A stretch of DNA of 64,000 nucleotides from an uncultured Verrucomicrobiae bacterium (lineage in GTDB: Bacteria; Verrucomicrobiota; Verrucomicrobiia; Chthoniobacterales; UBA10450): NCBI GenBank assembly GCA_963815455.1, contig CAWFGO010000001.1:992001-1056000 (forward strand). Reading direction: 5' to 3'. The notes under the pieces were generated by a model that saw only the letters and a list, made by a program, of their open reading frames with translations, did no database searches and was not told the origin of the DNA. The translations under genes and the position numbers were made by a program. Shown here one piece after another: positions 1-8,226 of this stretch (positions are counted from its first letter, which is position 1; every line of letters begins with the position of its first letter).

Positions 1-1130
1 ATCCGGCGGTGGTGGAAGAGATGATGCCGTTTTTGACCGACCATTACGGGAACCCTTCGAGTGGGCATCAGCTCGGCGCTCGTGCGCGGAAAGCCATCGA
101 TCTCGCTCGCGGGCAAGTAGCCGCGATGCTCGGCTGCGAGCCCTCCGAGATCGCCTTCACGAGCTGTGGAACGGAGTCGAACAATGCCGCGATCAACGCC
201 GCCGTTCAATTCGAGCCGCGCGGGAAGCATGTTATAACGAGCGCAGTCGAACACAGCGCCGTGTTGCGGCATTGCGAAGATCTGGCCAAACGCGGAGCGG
301 AGGTGACATTTCTCGGTGTTGATCGAGATGGAAATGTCGATCTGGCCGAGCTGGAACAAGCCATCCGGACCCAGACGGCGATTGTTTCGCTGATGTGGGC
401 AAACAATGAAACAGGCGTTTTATTTCCAGTCGATAAAATTGCCGAGGTTTGCCGGAAAAAAGGCGTTTTCTTTCATACGGATGCTGTCCAGGCCGCTGGA
501 AAAATTCCGATTCGGCTCCGCGATACCGCAATCAATTTCCTCTCGATTTCGGCCCACAAATTTCACGGACCGAAAGGCGTCGGCGCACTTTACCTGAATC
601 GGCGGGCGCGGTTTCGTCCAACGATTATTGGAGGCAGCCAGGAAAACGGACGCCGCGCGGGAACCGAGAACGTGGCGTCGATAGTCGGGATGGGCAAAGC
701 CGCTGAACTGGCGGTGAAATGTTTGCCAGAGGAAGAGACGCGGGTTCGGGCGATGCGCGATCGTTTTGAAAAGGCGCTGTTGAAAACCGTGAGCGGCAGC
801 TCAATCAACGGCACGGGAGCTTCGCGTTTGCCGAACACATCGAGTTGCTCATTCGAGGGAATCGAATCGCAGGGCGCCCTCATTTTGTTGGATCGACATC
901 GGATTTGCTGCTCGGCCGGCTCGGCCTGCAAGACCGGGTCTGGTGACGCTTCGCATGTTTTGCGGGCCATGCATGCGGAAGATCGGGCGCAACGCAGTCT
1001 GCGTTTTTCGTTTGGACGTTTTAATGCCGACTCCGATACCGATCACGGAGTAAAAGCGGTTCGTGAAGTAGTGACGAAATTGCGGGGGTTGGCCTCTGCG
1101 ACGGTGGGTGAACCGGTACTAAATCGGTAG
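1..1130 (+). CDS. iscS: Cysteine desulfurase (IscS/NifS family), 5' end outside window
   Basis: YGNPSS, HTDAVQ, PLP-lysine motif SAHKFHGPKG, catalytic SAGSAC, LRFSFGRFN. Confidence 0.93.
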   Translation, partial: PAVVEEMMPFLTDHYGNPSSGHQLGARARKAIDLARGQVAAMLGCEPSEIAFTSCGTESNNAAINAAVQFEPRGKHVITSAVEHSAVLRHCEDLAKRGAEVTFLGVDRDGNVDLAELEQAIRTQTAIVSLMWANNETGVLFPVDKIAEVCRKKGVFFHTDAVQAAGKIPIRLRDTAINFLSISAHKFHGPKGVGALYLNRRARFRPTIIGGSQENGRRAGTENVASIVGMGKAAELAVKCLPEEETRVRAMRDRFEKALLKTVSGSSINGTGASRLPNTSSCSFEGIESQGALILLDRHRICCSAGSACKTGSGDASHVLRAMHAEDRAQRSLRFSFGRFNADSDTDHGVKAVREVVTKLRGLASATVGEPVLNR

Positions 1131-1194
1131 AGCGCTGATTGCTTCCACTTTTGTCTTGTTTCCTGCCAACGCTATACGGTAAAAACGCTTAACT

Positions 1195-1980
1195 ATGACT
1201 CCACACGTTCGACTCCCCCGGGGGTTTGTTGCGGCGATGGGATTCGGCCTGCTTTGTTTCGTGTCGTCACTTCAAGCCGTCACACTCCAAGGCAATCCGT
1301 TTACTCCGCCCGACGCCAACTATCAGATCTATGCGCTGCAGGGAGTCGACTCGTCGCACCCACTCGGGCTCACTGGTTTTTCGCCCCAGGTGAACACCGA
1401 CTTCGAGTTCACCCCTTCGATCGGCGTTTCCTACGATAAAGGCGGCGGCCAGCTGAAAGATTTCGGGCTCGGGTTGTTCAAAGGCAGCGATAACGCCGTA
1501 TTTTCGACGGGGTTGAACATCTTGTACAACAACCCGGTGGACGCTTATAGCGTGAGCCTGACGGTCCAAGACTTCGACATCAAGCCGGGCCAATACTTCA
1601 AGCCCAACAAAGTCTCACCGGCAATGCTGATCCTTGGCGCTAACAACGCTGTGATCGCGAACCTGACACCGGCTCAGATTTATCCCTATCTCGTCGCACA
1701 TACTACCGACCCGAAGGACGATATTTGGGACATCAACTTCTCGCAGCTGCTCGGCGGGAACAGTATCGCCAACGGCGCGATCTCGGGCTTTGTCCTCTAT
1801 GCAAACAAAACCAATGGCGAGAAGGCCAGCAGCGATCCCTACCTTCTTCTAACCGTTGGCAACGGCAATGGCATCCCGGAAATCCCGGAGCCGGGCAATT
1901 TTGTTGCCGGTCTCGCGGCGATTGTATTCGCCGTGATCTTTCAGCTGAGGAAACGCGCAAGCCGCAAAGTTAACGCCTGA
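1195..1980 (+). CDS. Secreted PEP-CTERM protein
   Basis: Signal peptide; C-terminal IPEIPEPG + hydrophobic helix + basic tail RKRASRK. Confidence 0.85.
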   Translation: MTPHVRLPRGFVAAMGFGLLCFVSSLQAVTLQGNPFTPPDANYQIYALQGVDSSHPLGLTGFSPQVNTDFEFTPSIGVSYDKGGGQLKDFGLGLFKGSDNAVFSTGLNILYNNPVDAYSVSLTVQDFDIKPGQYFKPNKVSPAMLILGANNAVIANLTPAQIYPYLVAHTTDPKDDIWDINFSQLLGGNSIANGAISGFVLYANKTNGEKASSDPYLLLTVGNGNGIPEIPEPGNFVAGLAAIVFAVIFQLRKRASRKVNA

Positions 1981-1988
1981 CCGTTGCG

Positions 1989-3698
1989 CTAACGGCGGTT
2001 GGTGCCTGTTTTGTTGCGAGCCTCCTGGAGGAGAGCTTTCTCTTCAGGAAGGAGCGGGGCCTGGATGCCCTTCTCGATGAAATCGGCTGCTTTGGTTTTT
2101 TCTCCCGCCGCCGCGAGGACGAGTCCGTAATAGGCCGCCGTGCCCGGCTCTTGAAGGTCCGCGGCGTCTAATTGATTCATCGCCTTGACGGCCAGCGCGT
2201 GTTGACCTCTCCGATAGAGAGAGAAAGCGTACGTTGTCACAAACAACCGGTTTCGGGGATCCTTCCGATACAATCGATCCGCGATTTCGCAGGCCGCTCG
2301 CACATTCAGATTCAGAAGCAGCGAAAGCTGAGCCAGATTGTTCTGCGCTTTATCATCATCGGCATTCCTTTCGGAAAAGCGCGCTACGACCCGGTAAAGA
2401 TTCCTCGTATCGCCCTTCTTTGCGTAATAATCATAGAGTGCGCTGAGGGACTGCGCCTGTCTCCGCGGATCCTTGGCCATCATCCACAGGACGTTTTCGG
2501 CTTCGTGCTCCCAACCCCACTTGACGCAGACTTGTTCAATCGTGTGGAGTCGCTCGGGGTCTCCTCCTGCCAGTTCCAGAGCTTTCTTCCAGTGGGCGTC
2601 GAAGCCCTGGCTATCCCCCCGTTTGCGCAGAGCCCACGACAAATAAGTCTCGCGGGCGAATTCGAGATCGCCCCAGGGCGATTGGTTGCATAATTGTTCC
2701 ATTTCATCAGGATCGTTGACGGCGACATAACAATCCGCGACGGCAACTGGTACCGGTCGTTTGTTCAAAATCTCAGGCGGAAGGTCTTTAATCCAGTGAA
2801 GCGCAACCAGTGCCAGGCCGTCCGCGCTCATCCATGACAGCAATTCCGCCATCTTTTCCGGCTCAGTAGCCGCTTCGGTCTGCAATTGGCTCAGGGTCGT
2901 GGCGAACCCCGCTTGATCCAAAGCATGCAGGATTTTCGCGTGGGCCAACCGGTCGCTGAACGCCGCCTCCTCGTAGCCGGCCAACAGCGCGCTGGCCTCC
3001 AGCAGAGCAGGCGCGCTGTGCCGGCGCGCGGCATCGTCCCGGAGCGCGCGCGCGGCGGAAGTCCTGAGCTCGCGATCTTCGAGAAACTGTTCCAGTGAGT
3101 TGCGTCCAGCCGTTCGCGCTCCAGACGAGGTCGCCTGCAATTGCGCGATGGCACGATCGAAACGGTAATGTTTATTCCCAGGATCGAGATCGGCCGCTTT
3201 GGCGAGGTAGGGTTGAGCGGCATCGGCGACTCCACGGGCCAGGGCCAATTTTCCGCGCACTTCGTAGTACGCCGCGGATTCTCCGGCCTTCGCCTCCATC
3301 TTTTGGAGGGCTTTTTCACCTGCGTCGAGCTGGTTGAATCGAAGAGCCGATCGGCCGAGTGCGACGGCATCATCGAGCGAATCCGGAGCATTCTTCAAGA
3401 CCCGCTTCCACCATTCAACCGCAGCCGGGTCGCCAGTGCGTTCAGCCGTTTGAGCCATGATCCGACAGGCGCGCGTGTTCGATGAATCGAGGTCTAACAA
3501 GTGCCGCGCGAGGATCGATGCGGATTTGAGATTGCCTTCGTTCAAGTAAGACTCCGCATGGCGGGTGAGGCGTTCGGTTTGCCAGCTTCGGTAAAAACGG
3601 TGCCCGCCGGTGACGAGCGCCGCTAACAGGATGAGAACGGCAATTCCGCCAAATAATAATTTGAGGTAAACACGTTCTATCCGGCGGGCGCGAATCAT
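1989..3698 (-). CDS. Membrane-anchored TPR-repeat protein (paralog 1 of 3)
   Basis: N-terminal TM helix, helical repeats, QNNLAQLSLLL / YAFSLY / AYYGLVL / LLPEE motifs shared with 12521-14281 and 15257-16960. Confidence 0.85.
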   Translation of the reverse strand: MIRARRIERVYLKLLFGGIAVLILLAALVTGGHRFYRSWQTERLTRHAESYLNEGNLKSASILARHLLDLDSSNTRACRIMAQTAERTGDPAAVEWWKRVLKNAPDSLDDAVALGRSALRFNQLDAGEKALQKMEAKAGESAAYYEVRGKLALARGVADAAQPYLAKAADLDPGNKHYRFDRAIAQLQATSSGARTAGRNSLEQFLEDRELRTSAARALRDDAARRHSAPALLEASALLAGYEEAAFSDRLAHAKILHALDQAGFATTLSQLQTEAATEPEKMAELLSWMSADGLALVALHWIKDLPPEILNKRPVPVAVADCYVAVNDPDEMEQLCNQSPWGDLEFARETYLSWALRKRGDSQGFDAHWKKALELAGGDPERLHTIEQVCVKWGWEHEAENVLWMMAKDPRRQAQSLSALYDYYAKKGDTRNLYRVVARFSERNADDDKAQNNLAQLSLLLNLNVRAACEIADRLYRKDPRNRLFVTTYAFSLYRRGQHALAVKAMNQLDAADLQEPGTAAYYGLVLAAAGEKTKAADFIEKGIQAPLLPEEKALLQEARNKTGTNRR

Positions 3699-3907
3699 GA
3701 GCCCTATTTAAACGCACACCGCGGTGGTGCGGTCAAAAATCGATTAGGAAAAGTGTTTTCTCAGGCGCCGCCACCCTGCAGCCGGGGATGACTCGTCAAA
3801 TAGCCCTGTCCTCCGGGCCGTGGGTTAGCCCCCAGGAAGGAGAAAGGCTTTGGATTGTCCTTGGCTCGGGGTCGGGGGCCTCTGCAGACAAACCAAAGTT
3901 CGGCCTT

Positions 3908-3950
3908 GGCACAAAAATTGTTATTGACGCTGCGACTCAAATATGACAAT
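3908..3950 (+). promoter_or_regulatory. Putative promoter of the 3986 gene (sigma54-like near-match overlapping a TTGACG hexamer)
   Basis: TGGCACAAAAATTGTT (GG-N10-GT, one mismatch at -12); AAAAAT..TATTGACG also occurs upstream of the 14477 gene. Confidence 0.35.
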
Positions 3951-3985
3951 TATGGGAAATAACGGAAATTAACACTACACACCTT

Positions 3986-4915
3986 ATGAAACATACCAAT
4001 CGCTTTCATCCCTTCTTGGCTGGCTCAGCTGCTTTAGCGGTCGCCGCCCTTGTCGCCCTTTCTGGCACCGCCGAAGCCTCTGTTGTCGATCTTGGGGACG
4101 CCGCGGGTTTCTCCGTCCTGACCTATAACAGCAACAATACATCCAACTCCGCCTTTCAGGGCGGGCCGATTGGCGTGGTTAATGGTAACTGGACGCAAAG
4201 CGGCGGTGGGCAGACGAATAATCAGCAGCCGACGCAAGTGATCCTTAGCCCCGGCCATACCAACAACGGCCCTCCTGTTTTGACCACGGTTTATAACGCT
4301 GCGCTACTGAACTCGGCCTGGACGGACGCAACGAATGCATCCGCCATGCTGGCTTCGCTTACGCCCACTCAGGTTCTTGGGGCGATTACCTCGGGCATGA
4401 CCATTTCGGAGTCGGCCGTTGGTCATTACGTCCTCAGCATTACCAACATCAACCTGAATCAATCGGCGCTCATTCTGAACGCTCCGGCAGGTTCCACATT
4501 TGTGTTGAATATCTCCGGCAACATCACACTGAACGGCGGCAGCCAGGGCAACGGACTGCTGCTGGCCGGCGGTCTGACGCCCAATGATGTGGTCTATAAC
4601 CTTACTGGCGCGAACAGCAATCTGACCACTAGCGGCGGTGGCAATGCGCAGCAAATTAACGGCATTGTGCTGGCCACCGGTGCAAACGCTTCGGTCAATC
4701 TCCACCCGGGACAAATCAACGGGGAAGTCATTGCCAGAACGTTTACCACTTCCTCCGGCGCCCTCGTAAATGCTCCTCCTGTTCCCGTTCCGGAAGTGGC
4801 GCCCAGCTCGGTCATCTTCGGTTTCCTTGGCTTGGTTGTGGCGTTCAGTTCGCGGCGGGCGTTGATGGCCCGAGTTCGCGCAATCTCCATGGAACGGAAG
4901 GGACGCCTCGGTTAA
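3986..4915 (+). CDS. Ice-binding-like / choice-of-anchor-A beta-solenoid surface protein with PEP-CTERM-like sorting signal
   Basis: Signal peptide; VDLGDAAGFSVL start and G/N/S/T-rich solenoid motifs (FVLNISG, GGLTPNDVVYN, GIVLA); VPVPEVAPSS + TM + RR tail. Confidence 0.75.
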   Translation: MKHTNRFHPFLAGSAALAVAALVALSGTAEASVVDLGDAAGFSVLTYNSNNTSNSAFQGGPIGVVNGNWTQSGGGQTNNQQPTQVILSPGHTNNGPPVLTTVYNAALLNSAWTDATNASAMLASLTPTQVLGAITSGMTISESAVGHYVLSITNINLNQSALILNAPAGSTFVLNISGNITLNGGSQGNGLLLAGGLTPNDVVYNLTGANSNLTTSGGGNAQQINGIVLATGANASVNLHPGQINGEVIARTFTTSSGALVNAPPVPVPEVAPSSVIFGFLGLVVAFSSRRALMARVRAISMERKGRLG

Positions 4916-4977
4916 GTTCCTTGTTTGGTTTGTTTGTGCCAAAAACGGCGCTCGTCTTGAGCGCCGTTTTTGTTTTT
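4787..4977 (+). repeat. Sorting-signal + terminator cassette, copy 1 of 3
   Basis: Nucleotide and protein similarity to 5944-6134 and 7955-8144. Confidence 0.9.
4941..4977 (+). terminator. Rho-independent terminator
   Basis: AAAAACGGCGCTC-loop-GAGCGCCGTTTTTGTTTTT. Confidence 0.85.
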
Positions 4978-5127
4978 GCAGAGGCCGTTTATCGGCAGCA
5001 GCAAGTGCAATCACCGATTCGGCGAGGGCGGCAGAGACTATTGCCGATTGCCGAGTTTTTTTTTCTTGCCAAACAGGCGACAAGTTTGGTAAACGGGGAG
5101 AGTAGAAAATTTTCTAACGCTACCCGC

Positions 5128-6072
5128 ATGAAACAACTAATGCATGTCACCTCGTATCGGATCCTTCTCACCGCCGCCGTGGCCGCCTTGTGCGCCGTCA
5201 CGACGACCAGGGCGTCGATGATCGGCCCGGTCAATCTCGGCACGGCCGGTGATTATGCTTTGCTCGCGCTCTCGGGCGACATCCAGGATTCCGGGCCGAC
5301 CGGGCCGGATGCGAACCCCTACAGCGTGAACGGCCCCATTGGCGTCGTTTCGTCTAGTGGGCAGTTCCAGACGTCCGGAAGCCGCACTTACAACGGTCCG
5401 ATTTATCTCCACACCGGCGCGACCTATCACAGCTCGGCCCAGGGGGCGCCTCCTCCGATGTCGGGCCCGGCCATCGACGCCATGCTGGCCCAGGCCAGTG
5501 CCGATGCCTTTGCCGCTTCTGCTTTTGCTTTGACTCTTCCGGTCACGGCCAGCTACGGCACGATTAACAATAATCTGACCATTTCCGAGGGCGACGCAGG
5601 CAACTACGTTTTCAATATCGGGAACATCAGCTTTTCCGGCGGCAAGACGCTGACTCTGAGTGCTCCGGCAGGCAGCAACTTCATTTTGAATATTTCATCG
5701 GGTCTGACCTTGACCGGGGGAAGCATCGTTTTGGCCGGCGGTCTCACCCCGGATAACGTGTTGATCAACTATACAGGCACTTCCAACATCCGGTTTAGCG
5801 GCGGTGGAAACTCCTCCAGGGTTTACGGGACAATCCTGGCCCCCAACGCTCATGTTCAGATTACGCCTGGTTTTGTGGCCGGTTCCATCATCGCCGCGAG
5901 CATCCAGATGTCCTCGGGCGCGAACGTCGGCGGCCCGGTTCCAATTCCCGAAGTCACGCCCAGTTCTGTAATTTTCGGTTTCCTTGGTTTGGTCGTGGCG
6001 TTCAGTTCGCGCCGGGCGTTGATGGCCCGGGTTCGCATCGGGTCCGCCCAGCGAAAAAACCGTCTTACTTAG
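5128..6072 (+). CDS. Ice-binding-like / choice-of-anchor-A beta-solenoid surface protein with PEP-CTERM-like sorting signal (paralog of 3986-4915)
   Basis: ATG 5128 gives a signal peptide; VNLGTAGDYALLAL, GTILAPNA; VPIPEVTPSS + TM + RR tail. Confidence 0.78.
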   Translation: MKQLMHVTSYRILLTAAVAALCAVTTTRASMIGPVNLGTAGDYALLALSGDIQDSGPTGPDANPYSVNGPIGVVSSSGQFQTSGSRTYNGPIYLHTGATYHSSAQGAPPPMSGPAIDAMLAQASADAFAASAFALTLPVTASYGTINNNLTISEGDAGNYVFNIGNISFSGGKTLTLSAPAGSNFILNISSGLTLTGGSIVLAGGLTPDNVLINYTGTSNIRFSGGGNSSRVYGTILAPNAHVQITPGFVAGSIIAASIQMSSGANVGGPVPIPEVTPSSVIFGFLGLVVAFSSRRALMARVRIGSAQRKNRLT

Positions 6073-6096
6073 AATTACTTGTTTGGTTTGTTGCGC

Positions 6097-6134
6097 AAAA
6101 CGGCGCTCATTAACGAGCGCCGTTTTGTTTTTTT
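6097..6134 (+). terminator. Rho-independent terminator (cassette copy 2)
   Basis: AAAACGGCGCTC-loop-GAGCGCCGTTTTGTTTTTTT. Confidence 0.85.
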
Positions 6135-6137
6135 GTT

Positions 6138-6234
6138 TGTAGGAGCGGTCTGTCCTCAGCCGCAATGTCTTTCGGGCTTGCGCGTGGGGACCAGCCTTCT
6201 GAGAGCCACGGCTCGGCCAGCACGCGCCCCTATA
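6138..6234. repeat. GTAG-type REP doublet (related copy at 8147-8226)
   Basis: TGTAGGAGCGG...CGCGCCCCTATA imperfect inverted ends. Confidence 0.55.
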
Positions 6235-6248
6235 GTCGAAGCGCAGGC

Positions 6249-6335
6249 TTAGTAGGTAATGGCGCGGGTCGGATCCAAATTGTCTTCGAACCAACCGGCA
6301 TAGGCGAAATTCGGAACGTTAGGCGGAGGGTTGGC
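6249..6335 (-). pseudogene. Orphan 3' end of a PilX-like gene
   Basis: Minus strand encodes ...PNFAYAGWFEDNLDPTRAITY*, matching ...ANYSYASWFEDNSDPARGITY* of 8227-9759. Confidence 0.85.
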
Positions 6336-6375
6336 CTTGCAAAATGGCGTACTTGATTCCATATTGAGACTCATA

Positions 6376-7533
6376 ATGGAATTGGTTCCCCGGTTCTTTC
6401 GGCCGCCTGTCGGCAGCTACTTCTTGTTCGGTCCTCGAGGCACCGGAAAGTCACTCTGGACGCAAACCTATTATCCCGGTGCGCTTCGGCTCGATCTTCT
6501 CGATCCAGCAGTCTTCCGAACCTACAGTGCGCACCCGGAGCGGTTGCGCGAGGTAGTCGAAGCAACCCCGGGGACGCGCGACGTGATCATTGATGAAGTG
6601 CAGAAGGTTCCGGAGTTGCTCTCGCTCGTTCACGCTTTAATCGAGAAAAAACAAAAACGGCAATTTATTCTTACTGGCTCCAGCGCGCGCAAATTCAAGC
6701 GTTCCGGCGTAGACCTGATGGCAGGCCGCGCAGTGTTGCGGACGCTGCACCCCTACATGGCCGCAGAGCTAGGCCGGCGATTTGATCTATCGCGCTGCCT
6801 GCAGATTGGCATGGTTCCGCTCGTGTTCGAGGCCGCAGCTCCGCAGGATGTGCTGGCCTCGTATTCGGCTCTGTATCTCCGTGAAGAGGTTCAAATGGAA
6901 GGTTTGGTAAGGAACATTGGAGCCTTCTCCCGATTTCTCGAGGCGGTTAGCTTTTCCCACGGCTCGGTGCTCAATCTCAGCAACATAGCGCGCGATTGCC
7001 AGGTGGAGCGCCGAACGGTTGAAGGTTACGTCGAAGTCCTTGAAGACCTTCTCCTCGCCTATCGAGTCCCGATGTTTACACGCCGGGCCAAACGCGAACT
7101 GGCTGTGCATCCCAAGTTCTATTTCTTTGATGTTGGCGTTTTCCGTTCATTGCGTCCGCATGGGCCGCTCGATCGTCCTGAACAGATCGATGGCGCCGCA
7201 CTGGAGGGACTTGTGGCCCAGCATCTTCGCGCTTGGATCGCTTACCGGGCTAAAGACGAGCAGTTCTTTTTTTGGCGGACCCGCTCCGGGGCCGAGGTGG
7301 ACTTCGTGATTTACGGCGCCTCCGGCCTCACTGCGATCGAAGTTAAGAACAGTGCTCAAATCCGATCGGAGGACCTGCGCGCCCTCAGAAGTATTCGGGA
7401 CGATTATCGAGGAAGTCAGTGTCTGTTTCTCTATCGCGGAAACGAGCGCCGGAAGATCGACGACATTCTGTGCATTCCCTGCGTGGAGTTTCTGAAAAAA
7501 CTGCGCCCGGATCAGCCCCTCTGGGTTGAATAG
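6376..7533 (+). CDS. AAA+ ATPase (AAA_14 / DUF4143 type) with C-terminal nuclease-like domain
   Basis: Walker A GPRGTGKS, Walker B IIDEVQ, LTGSS, PKFYFFDVG, FWRT..GAEVDFV..AIEVK. Confidence 0.9.
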   Translation: MELVPRFFRPPVGSYFLFGPRGTGKSLWTQTYYPGALRLDLLDPAVFRTYSAHPERLREVVEATPGTRDVIIDEVQKVPELLSLVHALIEKKQKRQFILTGSSARKFKRSGVDLMAGRAVLRTLHPYMAAELGRRFDLSRCLQIGMVPLVFEAAAPQDVLASYSALYLREEVQMEGLVRNIGAFSRFLEAVSFSHGSVLNLSNIARDCQVERRTVEGYVEVLEDLLLAYRVPMFTRRAKRELAVHPKFYFFDVGVFRSLRPHGPLDRPEQIDGAALEGLVAQHLRAWIAYRAKDEQFFFWRTRSGAEVDFVIYGASGLTAIEVKNSAQIRSEDLRALRSIRDDYRGSQCLFLYRGNERRKIDDILCIPCVEFLKKLRPDQPLWVE

Positions 7534-7550
7534 CCTCTGCAGGAGCCCGA

Positions 7551-7941
7551 ACCGCGGATTACCCAGCGCGGCTCCGCCCCAACCAAAACGCGATGAATTT
7601 GCCTATAGCAGTGCTGATGACGCGGATGGTTCATGAAGAAATGTTGCCCACGGAATACACGAAGCACACCAATGAAGCGGAATCTGCCTGATCAAGCTTT
7701 CGTGGCTTTTGTGTGTTTAGTGGGCAAACTCCTGTTACCGAACCTGTGCCCATCGTGGTGGGAATCGCCGCCCCTAAAATCTTCGCAGGACGAGATGAAT
7801 TTGGCCTATAGCAGTACGGATGGCTTCTAACTTTTCAACGCCAGCTTCATCCGTTTAATCCGCGTTACTTGTTACGCCGTCTTGTCGAGTCGTAGCCTTG
7901 CGCGAAGGCTGAAGCCTCGGCGGACGCAAATCCGCGGGTTT
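7551..7941. repeat. Nested palindromic/MITE-like repeat debris
   Basis: ACCGCGGATT...AATCCGCGG outer inverted ends; direct repeat GATGAATTT(G)GCCTATAGCAGT at 7592-7612 and 7794-7815; inner CCCACGGAA...TAGTGGG inverted pair. Confidence 0.6.
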
Positions 7942-7954
7942 CAGTTATCCGTTC

Positions 7955-8083
7955 GTCCCCGAAGTGGCGCCCAGCTCGGTTATTTTCGCTTTCCTCGGTT
8001 TAATTGTGGCCTTCAGTTCGCGCCGGGCGTTGATGGCCCGGATCCGCACCGTGTCCGCCCAGCGAAAAGGGCGTCTTGCCTGA
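7955..8083 (+). pseudogene. Orphan PEP-CTERM-like sorting-signal coding cassette (copy 3), no start codon
   Basis: Encodes VPEVAPSSVIFAFLGLIVAFSSRRALMARIRTVSAQRKGRLA*; in-frame TGA at 7910-7912 upstream. Confidence 0.9.
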
Positions 8084-8111
8084 TTCCTTTGCTTGGTTTG
8101 TTTGTGCCAAG

Positions 8112-8144
8112 AACGGCGCTCTTTACGAGCGCCGTTTTTGTTTT
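8112..8144. terminator. Rho-independent terminator (cassette copy 3)
   Basis: AACGGCGCTC-loop-GAGCGCCGTTTTTGTTTT. Confidence 0.8.
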
Positions 8145-8226
8145 GGTGTAGAGGCGGCTGTCACCAGCCGCAATGCTTTTTCGGCATGACACGCCGGGCT
8201 CGCGCGCGGCGACACGCGCCTCTACA

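Noticed and set aside
4921..5127. Long N-terminal extensions in the ORF track (also 23620-23775, 39971-40204, 58322-58381, 58475-58549)
   Set aside because: They run through terminators or palindromic repeats; downstream starts give proper signal peptides or domain starts
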